DNA of 64,000 bases from the NCBI GenBank assembly GCA_030704615.1, contig CM060731.1, forward strand, positions 30,504,001-30,568,000, read 5' to 3'. This DNA is from Takakia lepidozioides (taxonomy: Eukaryota; Plantae; Bryophyta). A model generated the notes under the pieces. That model ran no database searches and was not told the DNA's origin. It saw only the letters and a list, made by a program, of their open reading frames with translations. A program made the translations under genes and the position numbers. Positions 26,401-37,399 of the stretch are shown piece by piece. Position 1 is the first letter of the stretch; the number at the start of each line of letters is the position of its first letter.

Positions 26401-27633
26401 ATTGCCTGCATTGCACAGAGACAGGTCTGCAATTACCTGAGGTGCAAGTGGAGGCAAATGTTTGTTAAGTTTCATAAGAAAAGCGAGCAGGCCGTCCTCT
26501 AGTAATTTGTCGATGCCTGTAACCGGAGCACGCTGAAGCTTTGCTGCCTCGGAAGACCTCTTCTTCGTCAACACCTAAAAGAAAAGCTTGAGCGTGTTAA
26601 GGATCTCACTAGGTCTTTGTGGCACACCCGTCTTAAGGTCCATCTCAAGGAGCCACCTAAATGCACACTGCATTGCCTACGGCAGGGTATGTAGCTTACT
26701 AGGATGCCTAGAGATAACATAACGATAACCCTCGCAGATCAACTGGCAAGGTCTTTCACATTCTTGAGCTATTCCAGCTGATATAGCTGCCGTTGAATGT
26801 TACCAGTGCCGAGCAATGTGCAGTGCAACGTCTCATACACGTCCGGATTAGTTAGGATGTAACACTTTGATCGGTACTGTTTCTCACTTTAGATTTCATT
26901 TGATGGAACAAACCCCAATACTACATGTAAACCTTCTGGTATTCTTAGATGTGTATTGCTGCCTCTCGGAAGCATGGAAGATGGTCCGACTGAGTCTTCT
27001 GTACTGTTGTGAATATAAATGACAAGCAGATTACTGTTTTGTATCGAAGTAACAAGACGAACAACTTCTTTACGTAGGATGGAATAGAGCTTACGCATCT
27101 GCAGAATGCAAGGGTGGAAAGGGTCTCCTAGTTTTGTGATTTACTATTTCAAAGTCTGGCAAGCAGGCCGATGTAGTAGATATGCTTACTGATTCCAAAA
27201 TCAAATTGTTCTCCGCAGAAAGGCCGAGGTCATCCATTTGGTTATGATATTTAATCACCAGGTTCATCAGTTCGTATTTCCCAATATTTTGCAATTTATC
27301 TCTTAATCCAGTAGGATCTGGCTCAAGATTCGTTAGATCAAAAATGGTCCCTTGTTTTGCTTTGTCGCGAAGCTTTTCGAAACTCTTCCTGATAGTTTCA
27401 ACGGGGCTGGGTGAAACTCGGCCAGGAGAGGTCACAGACCCCTGCTTGCTCTTTCTAAATTGCACCGCTAAGTATAAGCTTGAATGAGTTCGCTCAAACC
27501 ATTCCCGCAACATCTCTGTGAAGTAAAACGCTTCAGACGCTCTGATTGTTCCAGAAGCTCTAAGCATCCATGCTCGTTTTTCTCTGCTCGGTGATGCAAG
27601 TTCCTCGTTTTGGCTTCCTGAACTGGAAGCCAT
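11444..27633 (-). CDS. ABCG: Full-size ABC transporter G family / pleiotropic drug resistance (PDR) protein, about 30 exons, NBD1-(PDZ-like)-TMD1-NBD2-TMD2
   Basis: Spliced exons give NBD1 Walker A GPPGCG|KSS (~26020/25825), signature [15 protein letters not shown] (~25200), Walker [13 protein letters not shown] (~24980) and [10 protein letters not shown] (~23960). TMD1 includes [17 protein letters not shown]2 has [21 protein letters not shown] (~17670), [16 protein letters not shown]|[21 protein letters not shown] and ICTIHQP, then NPASYMLE. The last exon WIWLYWLNP...KFDKR ends at a stop at 11444. GT-AG phases are consistent where checked; the 5' exons (27633-26570) are less certain. Confidence 0.93.
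21480..22110 (+). mobile_element. Old LINE (non-LTR retrotransposon) 3' fragment in an ABCG intron
   Basis: [39 protein letters not shown] is homologous to the copies at 34690-35820, 48802 and 51008. Confidence 0.75.
22749..23497 (-). CDS. PDZ-like domain encoded by two exons (23497-23425 and 22981-22749) of the ABCG gene
   Basis: In-frame join (73 nt, phase 1, plus 233 nt): [60 protein letters not shown]...[21 protein letters not shown]. It shows the K-x-LGL loop, IVVSEV strand, GD motif and terminal V-x-L-x-L-ER strand typical of PDZ. Confidence 0.7.
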
Positions 27634-28537
27634 TGCAATGCTATTCCTGCCGCTTCTTAGTCTATGCTCCGTTTCACATGCTAATCGACAATAACCTCAT
27701 GTTTGATGTACACGATATTGGATTGCCTCAACCACATGCAATAGTCAGAAAGAGGGATGAGAAACTAGGGCTCCGTGGGCCGTATCCATAAGAAAATCAT
27801 ACAACCAAAAACTGGTTGTCATGCGCGAAGCCTGCAGGTATCTGCAGCACGGATATAGAAACAAAAGCTTGGATTGTGGTACTATTCAAACGGAGGAACA
27901 TCAGAAATTATCTCATGGAGAAATAACACATCAATTTGAAGGGGGTTCTATCAACCGAATTCCACATTTCCAACAATTGTCATCCTAAGCGCCCATAGCT
28001 CAACAAAAGGCTGCAGTGGAGACATTGCAACGCCTAGACATCCTTCTTCGATAACCTAATCTTCTGAGGTTGCCACCAGTGTTGGTCTGGTATCTTCAAT
28101 TAAGGGTCCTGGTATGCAGTTTTATTAAGACAGGTAGGTTTTCCAATAATGCAGCCCCTGATTTTTTCAAGTATGAATCTGGTATGCATAGAGTGGTTTA
28201 AAAAAAAAATCAATCCGGATATAAACAATGGTATCTGAATGTCAATAACCTAGAAATATGAACTCGGATATGGTATTAAAAAAATAAAAATAAAAATGGT
28301 ACTAGTATTCAAATTCAAATTCAATATTGAAATGGCCATTTGAACTATTCAAATGGCCATTTCAATAATCAAAGAAAACCACAAGGGAAACATGCTCATC
28401 TCATAGGATACCAACCCCCATACAATTATACACTGAATCAGAATTGCATCCATAGTGTCTCGCAAATGAAGATCAAAGTGTCAAGTTATAATCAAAACAG
28501 CTAGTATATGCCCCTAGCCCTAAATCTCAACTCTACA

Positions 28538-31056
28538 TTACAAAGTACCCCAGTCATCATCCTCAAAGTATCCAGCTTTCTCAAGCAGCTCCTCGTTGTC
28601 TTCTAATAGTGCCTCCTCATTCAGAAAAAAATCATCTAGTTTGTCTCCATGAACAAGCTTACAATCAGCCCGAGCATCGCTAGGCCAGTTCTTATAAATC
28701 ATAACTAGCTTGTCAAGATTATCCACTCCAAGTCGACACCTCGTCAAACCTGTGAGAACACCTGCAACTAAAAAGATCCTTTCGGTCTCAATTTGAGAAC
28801 CGGGGATGCCAAGTATTTGTCGGGCTAGAAAGCCCACATTCGGGAACCATGTCTCATTGTCAAACCAGCAATTCAAGGGATCAAGGTTGTCCACATTATC
28901 CACTGAAACACGATGAAACAAAGACAATTATGCCTTCAACAGACCCTCGGAGGCCTCCTCTCGTGATGCCACAGATCCAAACAAAGAATCAGAAGTGATG
29001 GTATGACCTGGAAGGGGGTTTACGGTTTCAAATTCACAGTCAGCCTCGGTTGGTTGTACAACTCGAGGATTCAAACAATCCATCACTATTTAGCAGTGGC
29101 AGCAGCACCAAAGCATCATATGCTTGTACCAAAGTTTCAACCCGATCTCTACCCACGTAATTCATCAGACACTTCATGTCCTTTGGGGTGAATGCAGGGT
29201 TGACTGGACCAAAATGGACGTTACCGGCATAGTTTTAGATGACTGCAATTGATGGTGTCATCAATTGAATTTGAATTAACTCATTAAAACCGACAAATAT
29301 ATATATGTCATTGGATTCCTAGCTTCAATACGCACCCACAGCAACTCTCCAATCATGAATCCGATAAGAAATGACTCTGCTATGGACTTTTGAACACCGT
29401 CATTGTAGACTGTTACCGCAGTGAATGGAATTACAATGGACTCAAGTTCTCATATGTGCCATTGGTGAATTCCATTGAAATTTGGACTTAAGGTGACCAT
29501 TTTGGTCCACATCATAGGTATGGATTTGAAGTGGCAAAATCATTTGTCATTTGACTCATATGGACTAATATATATAAAACAAATAGGCGTTTTTTGAAAA
29601 GTCCATAGCTCATCTTGTTTTTTGGATTTTGGGTGTCATTTTTTTTCTAGAAGTATAAAAACCTATAATCTTCAATGGCTAGGTGACATATTGAAATTTT
29701 TTTGTAAACTCTAATTTTTAGTTTTTCATAATTTCTCTAAATAATATACTAAAATATTTAATGAATTATATCTTTAATATTTGGGGTAGAACTCTTTACT
29801 AAATATGTTCAGTATACCATTATCTATCACTAAAATATATATTTTGGATAGTATCATCAATTTTTTGTTTTTTGGTCATGGACTTTCATGGAGCAGGATT
29901 TGCCGTTTTTGGTCTACTCAACCCTGCAACTGCCCCTTGAAGCGAGGATCGAGCATCAAAGCCAATATGTTATGGGTCTTTGCCCTATTGAAAGATTCTG
30001 CAAATGACAAAAAATGACGCAAAACAGTGATCACCTCCATCGTCATACGACCATACAGAAACTCAATCTCTTGGTCAAATTCACCACAGCGTAGAGGGGG
30101 CTGCACTAGAGCTCGCTGCTGGTATGCAACATTCATCTTCCCCATAATGGCCATGGCAGCAAATAATGCATCACTCAAAAGCCAGTAATCTCTTCTCTGA
30201 TTCAACAAACATTGATCATGCACGAGAGGGTTTAGGGTATCAATTCCTGCCCGTACGATGGCCCAAGTTAGACCACTTGGAACTCGAGCTTGCAACAATG
30301 TGTTGCTCTGTCGCGTATAACAAATGTTAACGGCAGTAGCATACTCAAGTGTCTCTTGGAACATAATGACTTTGGAGGCAAACCTCATCTTCACTGGCGT
30401 TCTTAATTTCATGTGCCGCAGTCCAGCCTCAGTGCAGGCCCTCTGCCACTCAATCCTCCCCTTCCCGGACTTCTTTGTCCATGTTATGGTTTTCTGAAGG
30501 GCCTGCTGAGCACCCTTAAGGCTGACCTCCTTCATGCCTTCACCAACCTTGGCCTTATTTGTTGCATACTGGCAAGCTTTGCTCATCACATGTCCAAAAC
30601 AAGTACCAGGATATGGTTGCTGCAGCTTCAATGGATCACAACTCACAACAGATATGAATGCAGTTGTAAAGGTGCCAAGATTGACCCCCTCATCCTCGAC
30701 ATATGCCAAAACATTGTTGGTCAAGCCATGTTCAGCTAAGAGAGCCTTCAGCTGCTCAGCTAGAGCAACCCCACATGTATCAGGGGCCTCAAAAATGCTC
30801 AACAGTAACATGGCAAGGGTGCCACACCTCATTGATAAACTTTATTACCAATGCAAATGTATCATAACCTGATCTACTCATCCAAAGGTCAAATGAGACT
30901 GTTACTGTTGTACATTGAGCTATCAAATGCAACACATACCTCTCCATAGTCTTTGCAAGAAGGGCAGGAAGATGCTCATGCACAAGTTGTTTCTTAGAGG
31001 GAAACACCACAGTTCCATGGAGGCTCATTACTAGACGCCTCAACCATGGATTCTCT
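28538..31056 (-). pseudogene. hAT transposase, catalytic and C-terminal dimerisation part
   Basis: TVSFDLWMSR (first catalytic Asp), CFGHVMS (CxxH), MLDPRFK and FPNVGFLARQILGIPGSQIETERIF (dimerisation domain). Frameshifts, stops and a MITE insertion are present. Confidence 0.9.
29185..29936. mobile_element. PIF/Harbinger-like MITE inserted in the hAT transposase
   Basis: Imperfect TIRs GGGGTGAATGCAGGGTTGACTGGACCAAAA / TTTTGGTCTACTCAACCCTGCAACTGCCCC, with 3-bp flanks TTT/TTG. Removal restores LDPRFK-DMKCLMNYVG. Confidence 0.75.
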
Positions 31057-32074
31057 CACTACAGGAAAAGGGGGGCCTTTGCGACGCCCGAGCCACGCCG
31101 CAGCGTCGGGAAAACGTCGATTTCGGGCAGGGGGCAGGCGCAGAATTTACGACGCCCGGCCGTCGCCCGGCAGTCGCATAGGCGTCACCAAAATGACGTC
31201 GCATAAATGCAACGTATGGGGGTTGCGAGCCCCCGCCCCAACTCTCACAACTGCCGGACGTCGCTTTTCAGGCCGTCTGCGCCGATGACAGGGGCCTCCT
31301 TCGAACGACGTCTCGCCATCACGGCCTTCTAGCCGACGGCGTTGGTGGGGGCGTCGGCGCGGCGTCGCATCCTTTTTTTTTCTAACTTGCTCGGGAGTCC
31401 CATCCTAAAACCCAAAAACACGTGGCGTAAGCCGGGTGGTACGCCAAGCGACGCTAGTGCGTCGCTGCAAACGACTATTGGGCGTGGCAAAAAAAAAAAA
31501 AAACGGGAGTAGGAGTCGGTCTCCGCCACGCCCGGGCGTGTGTTTTGGCGACGCTCTGGCGTCGTTTTTTTTTATTTTTAATCAAAAAAAAAAAAAAAAA
31601 CGTGGCGTTGGTAGGTGGCGGGCTACGCGACGCCAGGGCGTCGCGGCTTGCGACCCCTGGACCAAAAAAAACACGTCGCAGGGGGTGTCGGGCTTTGCCG
31701 CCCGCAAATGGGATTGGCGACGCCCGATCGTCGCGGCTTGTGATCCCCGCCCAAAAAACACGTCGCCATTGGCGACGTCCTGTAGTCGCGAGGGCAGCCT
31801 GGTGGGAGGGAGGGGGGGGGGGGGGGTTTGATTTTGGGGATGAATTGGGGGTGGTTTTTTTTTTGCCTGGTTTTGTTTCTGGGGATGGGAGACCTTACAG
31901 TTTCATTTCTTTGATTTAACAAGTACACAATTGAGCAAGCATGAATCGAAGGTGAGGACGGTGCGACACATGAATAAGATGGAAGATGGAAAGATGAAAA
32001 TATATTTACAGGAAATGAGCTGAAAAGCTCACAAGGGTTCAGTAGGCTGACCCTGGGACCTACATGGACTAGGA

Positions 32075-33169
32075 CTAGTCATCCTCATCCTCATCCTCAT
32101 CTTCAGTGGAGGACTCGGAGCTATCCGATGAGCCTGATGACTCCGCGCCCTTTGCCAGAGCACCTAAATGAGAGCGGCATTCCCCTAAGTCCCACAGAGC
32201 TCTCATCCAATCCCTGGCCATGACCCCCGACCTCATCCATACTAGTGCCTTGTAGTGCACTCATCCCCTCCGTGTTGGCCATGTTCTTCATGAGGGATTG
32301 CCAACCATGCTCCTTAGCGTAGTTATATTCTACCGTAGATGGCTTCCTCTCAAACGCGCGTTGCTACACATGCCACAAATTAAAGGCAGTTCTTCGCGAT
32401 GATGGAGCCAGAATGAAGACATAACAAAATCCATAGGAAAGTACGACTTACAAATCGCAAGATAAAACCCTTGGATCCGCCGGCGCCCCACTTGTGTGTG
32501 GATTCGTGCTTGTCAAGGCGGATTGTTGTTGCTTCGCGTGCCCGGTAAAATTTGGCCCTGTTTGCGGCATCAGTCTCTCCCGCAATGAGTGCATCCCACG
32601 ATACCTATGCAAACCCCCCCCCCCCCCCAACAATTAGTGAATTACACACATACGTTGCATCGAATCCACCTCATTAATGCACATGCAACAAATGGAAGGT
32701 GACATGATTCAGGATTTGCCAACCTGTGTAATTCCATAAGGTGGTTTGGGTATGGCCCCCTTTTCCATTGCCCTCCGAACTGTCTGGCACGGTCCTTCAT
32801 GTCCTTCAAGTTAGCCCCACCATCTCCATCACCCTTGTGTCACTCCAATTGCCCGGAAACCGGTGGTCTAACTCACGGGCATACGCCCGCTTCGCGCCAA
32901 AGTGCTGATCAGCCCACTCGATGTGCAAAGGGAACCACCTCAATGCGAGTTCGAAGGCTAGTTTCTTCATAGCCAGAACGCACCACAGGGGTCACCACGG
33001 CGATTCACCTCCACCGGTGGCACCACGATCTTTGCCAACTCCACGTCCTGTATTGCCAAGGGCATGTTCTTCTTCCCACCCTCTCCCTTCTTTGTAGCCT
33101 CCTTCCCCTGCTCCTTTGTTACCCTACTGCCCTCCCCCGCATGCACACTCACCCCTTCCTCTCCATGGG

Positions 33170-33200
<31 letters not shown>

Positions 33201-34352
33201 CTTTTCCTTCCCCTTCTCCACGACCATCTCCTTCCCCTTCCCCGCTACTTCATCTCTCTCCTTCTCCATCTCCATTCTCTCTCTCTCTCCTCGGCAGCCC
33301 CTTCATTGATGGTAAAAAGGATCTCGGGAGGTCGAGGCCTCTTCTGCTTACCTTTGGTGTTCGGGTCCTTCATGAATACCACGTGCTCTCCCTCATTGGC
33401 AACCCCACTGGACTGCACCAATGAGGCCAGCCATGTTGCTGCCTCCTGAAGACAAATAATCCCTCCAAATTCAAAAAAAGAAACAAACAACAAAGAAAAT
33501 CATGCATGCAAAGGAAAGGATAAAACATGGAACAAGGTGCGACAGTTGTACCTTTGCAAGCTTGTCCGACTCGCCCCCGGTGTCACCCGATGTGGCAGGA
33601 GTCCCCGTTGCCGGATGTGCCCGCTCTATCCCCTCCCGGAGCGCCACTGGAAGTAGATTCCAGATGTGGAGCATAGCCGGCGGCGGCGCCCCATAGTCCA
33701 GGCCCTTCTTTGCTGACCGCTCAGGCTCAGGGGGCGGCATCGCTGATCGGCTAGGCCGCTCCGAACCGGCCCATACCTCCTCCTCTCCCCCCCCCCCCCC
33801 CCCCCAAATGCGTATCAGGGTAGAAGCCCTCACCCGGCTTGACTTCTTCGAGGCACTTCGCTATCTTGGCCACTTCATTGGCCCTCCTCGTCTCCTCCTC
33901 CCTCATCAACAACAATGGGCTAGCAATGGAGGCTTTCAAAGGCCCTTGAACCTGACGTTGGGCCTTGGTAAGTGCAGCCTTTGATGTGGAGGAAGGGGTC
34001 GCTATGGGGGTGATATCCAAAAGTTGCCCTTACCGGGCCCCCAAACGGGTGATGTGCTTGCCAAGGTACATTTCACCCGTCTTGGTGGCCGGGGGTGTGC
34101 TCAACTGAGCATCCGGCTTAGCAACAACCTCCCGAATATGAGAGCTGGCTGAGTCGGCCCCTGACGCATCCAAGATGTGGATAAGAGGGGGGGTACTGGC
34201 CTCGGGGGCAGACGAACCCTCTGGCTGCGGCTGTCAACGGGGCTGGTTAACCGTGAGACGCCCTGGCGCGTCACACGTGCCGGCAGAGCAAACGGATTGT
34301 CCGCCCCTTTCTTTGGGGCAGGGGACTTCTTCTCTTTCCCCATAAGCTGGCA
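32075..34352 (-). pseudogene. CACTA TnpA/ORF2-like gene, 3' exons (decayed)
   Basis: Spliced fragments ...PPVEVNRRGDPCG..., KPPYGITQ|VSWDALIAGE...KFYRAREATTIRLDKHESTHKWGAGGSKGF and an acidic C-terminus resemble the Ptta/En-Spm (Transposase_24) region. Stops and frameshifts are present. Confidence 0.55.
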
Positions 34353-34597
34353 CCTGTCATGCAAACCCACAAGTTGGCCTCATTAGGAAACAACCTCTAC
34401 ATTCCAGATCAAAAACAAAAAAAACCAAGCATGTCGGGGGCTGAGAGCAGCAAGTGCTCGGGGTTTCGAGAGGGGGCAACAAAGAGAAAAGAAAAAGGTG
34501 GGGGGGGAGTGACTGAGCACCACGGGCTCAGTCACCCCCCCCCCCCCCACCCCCCCCCCCCCCACCCCCCCCCCATTTTTTATTTTTTTTGTTTCCT

Positions 34598-34633
<36 letters not shown>

Positions 34634-34689
34634 GCTGCTCACAAAATCAAACAAACCACAAGGGAGAGAGGGTGCAGAAAAAGTCAAAA

Positions 34690-35820
34690 AGATTGTACTC
34701 ATAAGACGTTGTTTGCCGTAGCCTTGTGGCCATTGACCCCGCACCCAGTTTGAGCGGAAATAAAAGGGACAGAACCTGCCTCTGTCAAGGGCTAACGTTG
34801 GTAGTAAGACTTACCTTCATATATAGAATTAATCTGGGTTTTCCAGATATCCTCTAGAAATCCCTTCACACAAGCATCAATCTGTCGTGTGTGATTTGCC
34901 CAATAACTAGGCCTCAGGAGGGCCTGGGCTTTTGGTTCAGCCTTGAGACTTTCAAAGTTGGTAACCAGAGGTACATGCACAATTCCCTTGATAGATTTGA
35001 AGAGAGCGTCTCTTTGGTGAGAGAACCCCGGACAGTGTATCAGAAAATGAGTACTGTCTTCAGATTGCCCACACAACGGGCAATTGCACTCTCCCTTTCC
35101 TCTCTGCTTCTGTTTGTTGTTCAAAGGTAGGCTTCCTGCCCTGAGTTTAAATTTCAGTCTAGTGCCGAGAGTGGATAGACCCTTGAGATCATCCAAGATG
35201 TCCTCCCCCATGTCACTGACTAGAAACAAGTTCAGGGAAGTTTTCCGCCTAACTTCATTTTCATCAGACAATCTCATGGCAACAGACATGGCTTTGGACA
35301 CTACAACCTCTAAGTCAGATTTATCAACCCATATTGCAGATCCGTACTCCAAGGCAGGTCTAATAATGCGACAAAGCATGGTTTTCTTAACCTCAGAGTT
35401 GACCCCTCTGCAGAAAAAGTTAAAAAGAGAGTGTGTAGGTACAGATAGGGCATCTTCATTGTTAGCCCTCCTAAGGGCCTCTTCAATGGAGGAACCCTTC
35501 TTTTCCCAAGCACTAACCTCAGTAGTATCATCATCCAGAATCTCCATCAACTTAGAATGGTACTTCTGGATTTTTTCCAACCACTTCCCATTCTTGTTCG
35601 CTGAAATGCCAAGAGCAACCCAATCATCCAGAGCTAAGGTCTCAAGTAAGAAGACAGGCCGGTTATCACCGGCGTCTTCGAAAGCTTCGAATTCCAGCTT
35701 TTGTAAGGTGGCATGGAAGTCACCTGGTTTTAATCTGTGCAAGTGTAGCTTGCACCGCTGGAATTGGAGGCGGTAGGGGCAGCTGATATCCGAGTGCTTT
35801 AAGCTCATCCTTCCATTCAA
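34690..35820 (-). mobile_element. Internally deleted LINE (non-LTR retrotransposon) ORF2 derivative
   Basis: 342-aa ORF with RT-thumb-like IIRPALEYGSAIW fused directly to a C-terminal CCHC knuckle CPLCGQSEDSTHFLIHC; the RT core is missing. Confidence 0.78.
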
Positions 35821-36337
35821 GCACAGCCTTGCTGGCTTTCTGCCAGGTCAGCCAAAAAACCATGTCAGTATGATACCATGGTGAATCAGAAACAAGAAAA
35901 GAAGATGGTAGATAGTGTGTACAAACACCACTAAGTACACTGGAAAAGGAAGAGAGGGAAGTTATTCACGTCATGTCAAGACATGGACAGGACCCATAAG
36001 GGTCATTGTCAATTAAAGACATAAACAGCCCTAGATATGACACTATCTCACACTTCAAGTCTTGTCAAATCATCCCAAAAGACACCACCCAATCATCCAA
36101 GACAAAACAGGGTGGGAGGGCGGGGTTTGTTCTTGTGTGGGACAATATAAGATATTGTTGTCCCTGTGCATGCTGCAAGCTGGCCTCTTGGTTCAGCCTG
36201 TACACATACCTTACCAGCAGGTCAAGTATTGAAGGAGCACAGAAGTGCCAAGGTTATGCAAGGGGCAAGGTACCATGGTCCAGCCTGCCTTATTACCATT
36301 TCAAGACATGTTTTCACACATACATCTTGGACATGAC

Positions 36338-37172
36338 CAGTGTTGGGCGGTTCTTGCATTTGTGAAGGAACCTTCGGTTCCGGTTCCAAAATTATTTCAA
36401 GAGACGGTTCCGGATCCGGTTCCGGTTTTTTTTTATTGAGCCGGTTTCCGGTCCGGTTCCGGATCCAACTTTTAAACATGGGGGCGGTTCCGGTTACCGG
36501 TTAGTTGCTGATAAAAACCATCGGTTCCGGTTAGGTTCCGGTTCTATTTTAAAAATATATTTGTTTAATTTAATTAGATTTAAAATATTTTATCAGTCCG
36601 GTAGATTAAATAGCAGTGTATTCACATATTTGAACTAAAATCCAACGATTTTGTTAGTTTTCACTAACACAAAAAAACAAACAAAAATACTCTAGATAAA
36701 CTGGTAGAAGAAAATGGGTAAAATTTTATGGGTTGAAAGTACTATTCAGCTACCTGGGCAAGTATTGGCATCTTCAAACATTTTATTAATGAACTTAGCC
36801 AGGATATCATGGAGCTGGAGATTGAACCCAAGATCTCATGGCGCTGAAGCATTGAACATAGAATCTCATGGCCTTCAAGCATTGAACCCAGGATCTCAGG
36901 AGCTTAAGAGCATTAAATAAGTTTTTCCCTGGGCCCACCAGCCCCACCAAGGGGTCAAGAACCAAGAACCGGAACCGGAACCACTTTGGAGCTGGAACCG
37001 CCGGTTCCCACACATGTGGTCGTAGCTGGAACCGCCGGTTCCGGTTCCCACACAATCCCCAATGAGCGGTTCCGGTTTCGGTTCCGGTTCTGCACAGGCG
37101 GGTCCGGTTCCACATAACCGGAACCGGAACCGGCGGTTACCCGGGGCCCAGGCGGGTAACCGCCCAACACTG
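36338..37172. mobile_element. hAT-type MITE
   Basis: 15-bp TIR CAGTGTTGGGCGGTT / AACCGCCCAACACTG. Perfect 8-bp TSD GACATGAC (36330-36337, 37173-37180). Dense CCGGTT/AACCGG subterminal repeats. Confidence 0.93.
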
Positions 37173-37399
37173 GACATGACCCACAGGTCGCAACAACCTA
37201 CCTTTTCAGCCATTAATTATGGCAAGTCATGCATCAGCCAAGGCATAAGGACCAGCCTGCAGTTTGTCAGAATCTCAGTATGCCACCAAGCAGTCCAACT
37301 TGAGCAAGATGAAATAAATTCCATATCATTTGTATTCACCCCGAGACATGTGATCATACAAGGTGTCAAGGGAGTGTGAATTCACCCTGTCAAATTGCA

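Noticed and set aside
35084-35776. 230-aa plus-strand ORF
   Set aside because: It is the antisense shadow of the LINE-derived ORF on the minus strand.
36807-37213. Overlapping ORFs rich in GTGTG/RNRNR
   Set aside because: They are translations of the CCGGTT/AACCGG subterminal repeats of the hAT MITE.
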